DNA of 62,873 nucleotides, filler included, from Vannella sp. (lineage: Eukaryota), in NCBI GenBank assembly GCA_023345925.1. It is 6 parts of 6 records of this genome, joined end to end, with 100 filler letters (N's around TTAATTAATTAA, not from the genome) between each part and the next. Parts side by side here need not be neighbours in the genome. Positions count along the whole stretch, not along the records: positions 1 to 15,884 come from JAJQQN010001447.1; 5 more parts are not named here. One strand, written 5' to 3'. A model generated the notes under the pieces. The model worked only from the letters and a program-made list of their open reading frames with translations, searched no databases and was not told the origin of the DNA. This document shows, in pieces, positions 1 to 10,700 of the stretch (the stretch's first letter is position 1; each line of letters starts with the position of its first letter). The position numbers and the translations under genes were made by a program.

Positions 1-69
1 CAACAAGCGGGAAAGGTGGAGCCTTTATTTAGTGAGCTGGCATAATACAGTGGGACGAGCCCCAAGTGT

Positions 70-1306
70 CTAAAGCAGATAGTTATTGGCTAAAGACTCG
101 TAGAGGATGATCTCCTCCACGGCTGAGAAGACAAATTTGATGTTCTCCGTGCTGGTGGCCTCCGTACTGTGAATGTAGACAGGCTTGTCCTGGTTCCTGT
201 TGAGACTTGCAAAGCGTTTCTTCAGCCAAGTCACAGCATTCTCGTAGTCCAGACCCCCGTCATAGTCTGAGAAGTACTCTTTGATGTCCACTCTCTGGAT
301 CTTCTTCTTGAGCAAGTCTGACTTGTTCAGGAAGACAATGAGAGGTGTGTTATCAAAGTACTTGCAGTTACAGATCTCTTCAAAGAGTGTGAGTGCTTCT
401 AACAGCCGGTTGACCCGTTCATCCTCAAACAGGGTGAGGTTGTAGCCAGAAGAGTCAACAAAGAAGATGATTGCAGTGACATCTTCAAAGCAGTGAATCC
501 ACTTCTTTCTCTCATTGCGCTGGCCCCCAACGTCAATCAACCTGGAAGTTGCCCCCATTGTCAGTCCTCTGTGCCACATTCGGGCTCGTCACGTACTTCC
601 AGAGGTACTCCTTCGAAGTGAAGGTGATCTCTTTGATACCAATCGTTCTGGCACGAGCATGAAGCACATCCTCGACCGTGGGGACATACTCTTCCTCGGC
701 AATACGTTCAGCGTTCTCGCAGAAGCTTATCACTGCGTGAGGATACGAAAGGACGTAGAGAAGATTCACATACTATCCAACAAACTCTGAGAGCTGATAT
801 TCGTTGCGGCACTTGAAGACAGCCTCAATGGGAGAGGTAAACCACAAAGCCTTCACCACCGTTCCCAACTCAGGCGTAAACGGTAGTTGTAGAGGGATTC
901 TCTCCCTTGTGAGAATCTCAGAACCTTCCTATAGCCAACGAACATCAGGGCGAGGTGACTGACAGCAAAGGGTACGCTGACTAACCCGAAGTTCAGCCGG
1001 TAGCTCTTCATAAAGGTCTCGTTTCTTTGACTCTAGCAGGAGTGTTCGCATGCCCATGATACAGTTACTTCGAATGATGTTGCGGTAAGACAGAAGCTCG
1101 TCTTTGGTGTACCCGTCCAGGAAGAGGATCTTCATCTGCTTCGCAAAGGTGCTTTTGCCTGATTCTCCCGCACCCAGCAACAGAAGCACTACTCGCTGCT
1201 CTGCGGCTTTGCGTTCCTCCTTGATCGCTTTGTCAATAGCTGAGTTCTTCTTCTTATCCTCGGGAGAAGACCCATCATTGATCTTCCCCCCACAGACGTT
1301 GCCCAT
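70..1306 (-). CDS. Heterotrimeric G-protein alpha subunit (4 exons)
   Basis: N-terminal MGNVC (myristoylation/palmitoylation), GAGESGKST P-loop, RARTIGI, DVGGQR and NKSD. Three GT-AG introns (about 929-985, 726-773, 541-595) join the ORF pieces in frame. Confidence 0.97.
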
Positions 1307-1405
1307 TGGTGGTGGTCCAACAATGCCTCATTTAGGGCTTCCTCGGAATCTCTAATTTAAGTAGGTTTTAATAAAGAATTGTGTTACTTTATCTTTGGTC
1401 TCGTC

Positions 1406-2324
1406 ATGCTGAGGTCTCTCGGTGGGTCGGCGGCTGGTTCGCTGTTGGGGCAGAGGATCACTACGGGATGCATGTTACCTTCAACACAGGTATGAAGTGG
1501 TGTGGTGGGGGGCTGTTTGATGGGTTCTGATGAGCGTGGGGGGAAGACTCGCGGGTTGTTTCGCCCTCAGCGCCATCGCTTCAATGAAGATAACAACGAT
1601 TGCTTGTACCCGTTTATGAGCCCCATCAGCTTCGAGCGACACTTTCATATCACCTACAAAGGCGCCTACAAGACGCTAAACAAGCTGGTGCAAAGTACGC
1701 CTTGCTCCCTTCGCGTCTGATCTGTGTCCTAAGTGTAAGGGTGCAGATACACACTACTTGGACCATAGCCAGCTGCACAAGGTCGTTGAGATGTCCTCGG
1801 GTCATCTTGGTGATATTGAGATCTTCAATGCCTCTGCTGACGTACGAGCTTACCTTCTGGACCCCATCTTGTGTGCTGATCATTGAGGGTAGTTGAGGAA
1901 CCACCAGATCTTCTTTGACACGCTGGTGCCTTGGGACTTTGTGAATGCGGATAAGAGTCTGAGCAAGAACACTCGTAGGGAGCTCTACATCCAATTCCAG
2001 GGTCTTGAATCCTTCAAGATGCAGTTCAAGAGAGAAGCTCTGAAGTTTAAGGGGAGTGGATGGCTCTGGTTGGTCAATCGTGACTCGCACTTAGAGATCA
2101 TGGTAACCCACAACAATGCCACCCCTGAAGTACTCCAAGAGCGCGTCGTTCCCATCTTCTGCTTGGACATGTGGGAGCACGCTTACGTCAACGACTTTGG
2201 GACCGATGTTGAAGCCTACGTGGACGCCTTTTGGCACGTTCTCAACTGGGAGAAGGTCGAAGAACGCTGCGTATTCGCTCGTCGCATGATGCTCTTCCTC
2301 ACCGATCGCATGGAGGCCATCTAG
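1406..2324 (+). CDS. Fe/Mn-superoxide-dismutase-fold protein with a probable mitochondrial presequence (4 exons); atypical active site
   Basis: The spliced product reads MLRSLGGSAAG..., SFERHFHITYKGAY, IFNASADLRNHQIFF, FKGSGWLWL and DMWEHAY. Introns at about 1490-1546, 1695-1746 and 1841-1892. Confidence 0.88.
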
Positions 2325-2415
2325 AAGACCACTCGCAACAATAACACAGCTGCATCATTCATTCGCCTTCCCAGTCTCCATTCCAGACACCAGTGGCAAG
2401 TACAAAGGAATTGCT

Positions 2416-3921
2416 TTAGAGGCCCTGCAGAGGAAGGTTCGGATCAAAGTGAGGCGCTCTCGCAGTGTCTTCTAGAGACCCTGGGGCAAGCAAGGGATGG
2501 TCTTGGGGTCCAAGAGAGTGAGATTGGGGATGAGAAGGGGCGAGATTCATCATCTCCAGAAGTTGTAGCTCCGTATACAGCTTAAAAGGGCACTGGAATG
2601 AGATGGAATACTCCGAACGGTTGTCCACCATATCACAATCAATCTGAGAGCCAATGGGAGTCGTTGCCAGGACGAAGGGAATGGCAATCTTCTTGTCCTC
2701 CTACTCGCCCTGATAAGCAACCCACTCCTCCCACTCTGACAGGAGAGAGGGAACTAACCGATATCAAGGGAAGGCGGCGATTGCGGAGGGCCACTTCTTG
2801 GTAGGCACTATGTTGTTTTCGAATCTCTTCGAATTGGTCGCTCTTGGCTGCAATCCGATCTTTGGCTTTCAATCTCTGTGCTTTGAGCTCTTCTAGAGCT
2901 TGAGCAGAGTGATGGGGAAAGCCTTCCCATGAAATTGTCTTTTTCTGCTTGGAAATGATGCCAATCGCCCGGAGGACGTTTAACGCATCATAAACGCGTC
3001 GTCTGATGTTTGAACTTCCTCCTGCAGATCCAGAAGAGTCTTGGATCTCCGAAACGACCTCGTCAGACACCTGTTGGTAGGTGGTGACCCCTTTTTCTTC
3101 GACTTTGCTCATTACCAAGTAACTGAAGTGACGAAGGCCTTTTCCTTTCTCTGCCTTGTCCTTGCGGTTCTTCCCTGCTTTCTTAGATCTGGTCTGATCG
3201 TTAGTAACGCCCCAGAGAAGGCTTAGGGGAGGACCCACATTGGGGAGCTGATCCTGGAAGGTTGAAACGGTGGCGAGTCTTCGCCGTCTTCATGGCCATC
3301 GGCATAGTCAGCGTCTTCGTTCTTCCTCCTTGGAACCACCAAACTCTCGAAGTCGGGGGCAGGAAGGTTGACGGGTACGGAGGAAACTCTCATCCTCGCT
3401 GCTTGTCGATCGAAGTGGTCTTCAGAGCGAGCTGCAACTGGTGCGCTAAGAAAGGAAGTCTCGTTTGCGTCTTTTGATCGACAAGGATGAGCCAAATGGT
3501 ACGGGAGGACAAGGAGACTCACCTTCAAGGGCACCACAGCGCTGAGCCATTTCAGAAAGGCCTTTTGAACGACAGAAAGTGCGTAACGGAGAGTCTAGCA
3601 CACTTTGTGATGTCCTGGGAGAACCAAACATGGGAGACAAGAGACCTTCTCTTGATGAGGTGCTCCTTCGGGTCTGCCGAGGCGGAAGGGATGGACGGAC
3701 AGTCCCGTTTGCAACATCATTGAAGAGCTCTGGCTTAGGTAGATCACTTTGGCTCAAGACCAAGTCCAAATTCGGACGAGGCAGGCTGTTCTCTGCCAAA
3801 GTAAAAAGTGAGTGTCTTATAGAGCCCCAGCAGGCGTTCCTTTGCTCTTAAAATAGAAAGAACAAAGCCCAACGAGACTCTCCTCACCTTCTGCCTGCGG
3901 ATCCATCGTAGCAACGAACAT
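2416..3921 (-). CDS. DP: DP (E2F dimerisation partner) transcription factor (5 coding exons)
   Basis: Winged helix KGLRHFS...TTYQQVSDE...NIRRRVYDALNVL. After splicing, the C-terminal DP domain reads IAIPFVLATT...IDCDMVDNRSEYSISFQCPFKLY. The start ATG (3921 or 3906) is uncertain. Confidence 0.92.
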
Positions 3922-4028
3922 GTCTTCGGAAGGTCCTAGTACCAGGTCAATACTGAAGCACCGCACGCCCCAACAACGCCATTCCAGTGAATGAACAAGA
4001 CTTCAACGCCAAGTCCTCACACGACTTG

Positions 4029-4079
4029 TTCCCGCCAAGCCAAACCCGCGCCCTTCCCACCAACTTACCTTTTCCCGCC
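4029..4079. promoter_or_regulatory. Two E2F-consensus-like sites (TTCCCGCC, TTTCCCGCC) between the divergent DP and ALG8 genes
   Basis: They match the TTTSSCGC-type E2F/DP site. An AG|GTAAGT donor at about 4068 (minus strand) suggests a 5'-UTR intron in DP. Confidence 0.4.
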
Positions 4080-4171
4080 TTCGGCTTCGCTCCAAGAGCC
4101 AAATAAACTGGAAATCGCTTTTTAATGGTTAAAATAAGCGAATTGAATCATTTTTTGTTGGTTTGGTGGGT

Positions 4172-5994
4172 ATGGAGGTGGCGGGCTGGCGCCTCATCGT
4201 TTTGGGAGGCGCTTTGAAGGCGCTTTGCTTTCATTTGTACCACAGTACGGACTTGGATGTGCATCATTACTGGTTGGTGTTGGCTGGCCATGTCTCGTGG
4301 CGGGAATGGTACACGGATGAGAGCTCGGTGTGGACGTTGGACTATCCACCGATCTTTGCGTTGTTCCAATGGCTTCTGTTCTTGCTGTATCAGGCCGTTG
4401 AAGGTGTAATAGAATCACTTCCACAAAGGTCACTCCTTCGCGCGTCCCTTCTGCCAGCATTCCGAGAATTACTGGCTTTCCCTCCAGCTCCTTTGTCCCG
4501 AGCAGCGATCGATTTGCTCCGCTGTTCTGTTCTCCTTTCTGACTTTGTGTTGTTATACTCTCTTTATAGGTACAGTAATGGGAGTTTCCCTTCTTCATCT
4601 GCCCTTTTGGAGTGCTGAAACAAACCAGATACTTTTCTCTTCATTTCAAAGTGAATGTTTTGACCCACACTCTACATGGAAAGGCTCTGGCCATATTTTC
4701 CCTCACATACTTTAACGTAGGCCTTCTTCTACTCGACCGTAAGTCTCCATTTGAACTGATTGATTTTACGACTGACTCAATGAATGGCAGATATTCATTT
4801 CCAGTACAACGGGATGCTCATTGGCCTTCTTATTCTTTCTATAACTCTTGCACAAGAGGGCAAATATCTCCAAAGTGTGGCTTGCTGGTGCGTATTGGCT
4901 AACATGAAACATCTTTTTCTCGGATGTGCTCCTTTAGTTGCGATACATATCCTCAAAATGTATTGCCTGAAAGGTGAGGTGGAAAACAACCAATGTTAGA
5001 TTCTAACGAAACAAAGGAACATTGATGACACGGCTAAGGCGGCTCTCTTCTGTTGCCCTTGTTGGATTGGTGGTATTCGGAGCTTCATTAGGGCCTTTCA
5101 TACTTGCAGGAAGATTCAGTTCTCTCTTCAGCCGGCTGTTCCCGTTCCAAAGAGGACTGTAAGGCTTTGAATCCACGTCCATGTTCGACTGATGAGAGGT
5201 GCTAGATGTCACGCTTATTGGGCACCAAATATCTGGGCAATCTACGCATTCTCTGACAGATTATTAGCCAAAATGTTGCCCGCTTTTGGCCTTCCAGACT
5301 GGGTAGATCTCTCAGGATCTGGGGGATGGACCTCTGGAACATTGGGAGTGTTCCAGTTTGCTGCATTACCAAGCATAACACCAATCATTTGCACTAGTCT
5401 ATTCCTAAGTTCTATCACAGTAGGCCGTTCACTCTTTTTTTGCAGAATACTAAGTGAAGTAGCCTGCACTTGTTCGAACCTGGAAGCAGCCCCCTGGATT
5501 TGATTTGGCGTATGAAGTGGCAGGATGCCTATTTCACATGTTCCTGTTTGGTTATCATGTGCACGAGAAAGCTATCGTGCCCGTCGTCATTCTTTTGGGG
5601 TAATCTGACTTTGCCAATTTTTGATACTTTTGATTCACTTCTTCCCAGACTAACAGCTTGGAAGAAGCCCCAGTCAATGGAACGTTATCTTTTGTTCTCA
5701 GCGGTGTCACATTTCTCGTTATCGCCCCTTTTCTTTGTCTGGACAACTTCATTGGTGACTTTCGCCCTTCAAATTGGGTTTATTTTCGCCTCGACCATGT
5801 TTTGTGAAAAGATATCTCAGCTTTCCAACACCACACGAGCAGCTCTCCTCTTGATTGCTGCTGTTGCATCGACCTTGGATCTCCTGCGAATGGTTCCGAT
5901 TTTGCCAACACTCCCATTCTTTCCAACGATGATGATCTCCACATTGAGCGCTTTCTCTTTAGTTTGGATATGGTGCTATCCCTTGCAAAAATGA
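4172..5994 (+). CDS. ALG8: Dolichyl-PP-Glc1Man9GlcNAc2 alpha-1,3-glucosyltransferase (multi-exon)
   Basis: Motifs YHSTDLDVHHYWL, EWY...WTLDYPP, HFQYNG, NMKH, RLFPFQRGL.HAYWAPN and FGYHVHEKA across several short introns; many TM segments. Confidence 0.93.
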
Positions 5995-6072
5995 TAACTG
6001 GGGGATTCGAACCCCCGAACCCGAAAGACCAGGGCCTAAACCTGGCGCGTTTGACCACTTCGCTAAGTTATC
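5992..6072 (-). tRNA. trnL: tRNA-Leu (UAG), 81 nt, no intron
   Basis: Minus strand GATAACTTAGCGAAGTGGTCAAACGCGCCAGGTTTAGGCCCTGGTCTTTCGGGTTCGGGGGTTCGAATCCCCCAGTTATCA. It has a 7-bp acceptor stem, anticodon stem CCAGG/CCTGG around TAG, a long variable arm, a GGTTCGAATCC B box, discriminator A, and is followed by TTTTT. Confidence 0.95.
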
Positions 6073-6238
6073 GTCTAATGAATGCATTGAAATTTCGACT
6101 TTAAAATATAAATATTACGACTAATAGTAAGACCTTTTGGGTTGGCTTTTTGGTCAATCTTTTGTTTTCTTTCTCTGGAGGGTTGCTTTTCAATTTTCCC
6201 ATTTTTTTCTTTGGATTCGTCGCGTTGCGTTCTTCGGA

Positions 6239-7563
6239 ATGGCGGGGTTGAGAGTTGTCACTCTTAATGTTTGGGGTCTTTTGGACTGCTTGAATCGAGC
6301 ACCATCGAAGGCAAGAGAATTGGGGTTCCCAGAGTCACGCCGGAGTCAGAGGATGGAGCGGATTGCTGGGCGATTGGGGGACTTTGATGTCGTTTGTTTG
6401 CAAGAAGTTTGGGTGCGAACCGACCGAACCCTTCTTGTGGAAGCTGCTGCTGCCGCTGGTCTCCCGCACTGGAGGAGCTTTGTGTCAGGAAGACGCCTAA
6501 GTAGTGTGTCCTCGTTACTGGGTCTTGATGAATGCGTTGGCGATGGCTCGAAGAAAAGCGGGTTCGGTATTGGGAGCGGATTGCTGATTCTCTCTCGATA
6601 TCCCATTATCAGGAGCACCTTCCGTCTGTTCAGATTGTGTGGGAAGGTTCAACGCTTCTATCAACATGGTGAGTCCTAAGAAGGGCCGATTCTCGGTACT
6701 AACTACGAGTAGGCGACTTTCAGGGCGCAAAAGGCGTTGGAATGGTAACTCTTGATGTACAAGGACATTCAGTAGATGTTTATACTACTCATGCAGTGGC
6801 ACAGTATGACTCTGAGGACGAATACTGGGCTCACAGGCTCTTCAACATGGTTGATTATGCCCAAATGGTCCTTCAGCAGAATCAATTGAACCCTCCTTCT
6901 CTGGTTATAGTCACTGGAGATCTCAATTGCATTCCGTCTTCCCCAGAAGGAAACTTCTTCATCCGGGAGTTGAATTTGCGAGACTCTCTTGTGGAAGCGG
7001 GAATTGATGGCCACGTTTCCACGCATTACTTTGATGCCTGCCGTTTAGACTATGTTCTTTATCAGCCCTCTGCACAGTGGACCTGCAAGAACTCTTTCTT
7101 AAGCTTCACCTGCGAGAATCTTGCCAACGAGGAGACTAGAGAAGAGACGACCACGTTTTACTCTGACCACCTTGGAGTATGCGCTTACTTCGAACTTGAG
7201 GAGAATGCACCATTCTCTCAAGAGGCCGACCTTTCTCCTTTGGGAAAGGCGTCTTTAGATCATCTTTCTGTCTCTATCGGTTCGCATTTGGTTTTAGCAC
7301 AATTCAGGCAGGGACTCCACCTCAAGAGAGCCAAATTGGGGGTTTCTATGGCCTTCTTTCTTTTCTTTGCGGCTTGGTTCTACTCCCCTCTCACCACCAT
7401 TCTCATTCTTACTGGCTCCATTTTCGTGTCTATTTCCTTCATTCTGACATTGTACGCTTTGAAATGGAAAAGGGATGAAATCAGCCAGTTGGAGGCTCTG
7501 CACCAAATCTTTCCGGGGAAGAACCCAACAGAGACTCGAACAGAGAGTGAGAGAGAGAGTTAG
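6239..7563 (+). CDS. Neutral sphingomyelinase / ISC1-SMPD2-like EEP phosphodiesterase with two C-terminal TM helices
   Basis: TLNVWG, CLQEVW, GSGL.ILSRYPI, HGD...AKGVG (across an intron at about 6669-6712), GDLN, RLDYVLY and YSDH. Confidence 0.9.
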
Positions 7564-7732
7564 GACTCCTCAGGATCTCATCATGAGCTTCATCCAAGTG
7601 AGCTTCGCTTCATTAGAGTGCTTTCGGTCTCTTTTATAAACGGGTGTCCAGTTGGTCATTTTGGGTTCAGGGTAGTTCCGACGCTTCAGACCCATTTCTT
7701 GTGGGGTTTAAGTAGCTAACCAGATTCTTTTA

Positions 7733-10700
7733 TTACTGAGGACCTGCGGGACGAGGAGATGGTGCTGCAATCGGCCCAAAGACTGTGGGAGCGGAGACGA
7801 CTGAGTTTGTGTTGACACCTGGCACACGGAGGTTGTGAGTGATCATGTACTGTTCAAACCAAGTTATCTTGACGCGATTTTCTACAATCCACGACTTGGC
7901 AACCCCAGAGCTCTCTGCAGCATCCCAGAAGAGTTCCACTATACAACGAGTGAATTTGGGGTACTTTTTGAACTTCTCTGCAGTGGAAATGATGCTGCTC
8001 ATTAGTTTGTCCACGCGATACTTCTGGAACAGGTCCTGGATCTCGAGGAATGCCAGCACGACCACTTGCCACTTGGGAAGATCTTCGTACTCCGCGTCAT
8101 TGATTCCATCTATCAACATTTGCGTCACGTTTTTGGTCTGATGCGCGTTATTCCAGCTGACAAAGCAGTACACCTCCGCCAGAGGCTCCGGATTTTGCTT
8201 CGGAAGGACAATTTTGAGGAAATCCTTGCACAAGATCACTCGGTATTCCTCTCCCATTTCTACACCTCCTGGTAGAAGATAGGGATTTGTTGCTGGGTCT
8301 ACTGAGGGGGTTCTTCCTAACTCTGAGTTGACTGGATGCAAAAGGGTGGCAAGGTTGGAAGAGCGGACCAGAGCGCTGATTGCGTCAACAAGGCCAGAGA
8401 AATCGGGATCATTGAATTTGTCACCCATTGCAGGCACTTTCGATCTCTTTAAAAGCAATTCAGAACCAGTCTGATCCATGGAGGCTGCACTTACCCCATC
8501 AATGGACCCGTAGAAGATCAGATTTGAAGCAATAGCAGCGAAACGAAGCGTTGACAGGTATTTCCTCTTATTCAACAGTATCAGTAGGAACACGCGAATC
8601 TTCCGTACTAATGCTCACCTCTTGGGGTCCAAACGAAGCAAACAAAGCAAAGAAGCGGAGGAATTCGCTCATAGCACGCCAAAACCAAGGCACATGTCTC
8701 AGTAAATACACCATTTCTTTGACAACACGAGTACAGTCCTAGTCCCCAACATATGAGTACAGCCTCCTTCCGCCAGTAACAAGGTAGGTACCGTTATCTC
8801 TCCTGGCACGCTCTGTACCAACGATTTGGCCTCGAAAGGAAGAACCTGTTTGATAGTAAGAGAAAGGATCGCGAGGGCGGCTTGGCGCGGCTCCTTGATA
8901 GTAGGTTCCAGCAGAAGATTTCTCAACTTCAAGCGAGTGCAGAATTGCAAGAAGTAACGGCAAGCTGGCACCGACCGCTCGAAGATATTTTTCCTCAACA
9001 AGTCTCCGAACTGCACAATCAACTGCTTCTCCTTGGAGTGGATAAGAAGCTTGGTAAAGTAAACCACTAGAATGCGAACCACTTGCAAGCTTGGTTCAGA
9101 GAGATCCTCGAACTTGCGATTGACCTCCAACTCGGTCTTCTGGAGGAGTTCGAAGCAGAAGGTGGCGTATTGACTATCAAAGATGTGTTGGTCCATGAGG
9201 AAGTTCCTGTTATCGCTCCAGACCTGCTCGTACAAAGTCAGGGGCATTTTCATGACAAAGCTCTCTTGGAGCTTCTGAGAATCACAAAGATCCTCCGGAG
9301 GTACCACAACTGGGACAATTGCTTGTTGCTCTGCTTTGCCATCCTCTGGTGTTGGAGTCGGATCCACGCTGATCTCAGAAACGTCCAGGGCGTCCTTGCG
9401 CTCGTAGATTAACATGTAAGCGTTGCGGGTCCGCTGAACTTTACGGGCATATTGACTGTAGCCTACTTGCTCCTCCCCTCCAAAGCATTCCTGACTGATG
9501 GATTCCACATCAAATGGCTTCACGATCTCATCATTGAACTCCAGCCACTGGGACTCTTTGTTGTCGTTGCGGAGTTTGATGAACGAATAGTAATGGCCTG
9601 AGTCCGCCACGCCTCTGTGGATCAGCACGCCAGCCAACTCGTAGTTATAGTAGTCATCTGGATGAGAGATCGTCTCTGCCTCAGCCTTGACTGCTTCAGC
9701 TTCTACTGATTCAGGTTTTGGGGGAGAATCTGTGTCTGGGACGGCCTCGCTCGCCTGGGAAGCTTCTTTGTCCCGGTCCATCTGTTCCAAACCTTCCTTC
9801 GTGTAAGCCTTCATGTTCAGAGTCATTGGGAACTCGCAATAATCGTTGAGCTTGCTCTTCCTCATTGTGTCGAAGTTAAAGTCAAATCGCTTCATGTGGA
9901 TAATCAACGTGGAAGGAAGCGTCTTAATGCAGCGGCGCATGAGAGCATCCACTTTCTTGTTGCACTTCTCACAATGATACTTGTTGCTTCCAGTCAACAT
10001 CTCTCCCTCAACGTAGAATTCCAGAGCATCTGTAATGGACTGACGGTTCTTGATGTCCAGGGAAACAGTGAAAAAGTCCTCGCTGCGTTCAGAGTTGGTC
10101 TTACACTCTTGGCAGATCAATTGACTGCAGATTTGGCCGCACCAAATATCTTTTAGGAGCTTCATTCGGCCCCATTTCTTCAGCCCCTGCTCCACCTTCT
10201 CACAAAGCATGTTGAAGAACTCATCCGCGTCCATTTGAATAGATACATCGGTGGGTTGCCCATCATAATCCTTGTTTGCCTTACAAAAGCCGGTGGGATC
10301 GTAGAACTGGCGGTAGCTCTCTTGCAAATGGGAGAACAAAAGCTGCATTTCATAGATCAAGTTGTCTTCTTTCGGATCTTCTGGAGTATTCTCTGGCTCA
10401 GGAAGAGACAAGATTCCCTGTCTGAATTTGGGCATCATGAAGAGCTGCTGGAAGAGCGAATTCATGTAGCAGATGCAGCCAAGGTTGAGGATTCCCAGAT
10501 AACCAGCTGGAGCACGGCTTCCTGCAGACGGGGAGTAATTCCATTCCTCAATTTGTCTGTCAATCTGAAGGTGGACTCGGTCAACGAGGTCCAGTGTGCG
10601 GGCATGGTTATCGAAACACTCCGTAGTGAGAATGGATAAGAGTCCAAATGCTGCACAGCGGCTATTAGCAGACTTGCAGATGGGAGGAGGCTTTTCCCCT

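Noticed and set aside
2416..5994. Apparent frameshifts in DP, ALG8 and most other genes
   Set aside because: Explained by short GT-AG introns with branch-like motifs; not pseudogenes or programmed frameshifts.
6482..6558. About 23-aa insertion in the sphingomyelinase before GSG
   Set aside because: Could be an in-frame intron with a weak donor; cannot be decided from DNA alone.
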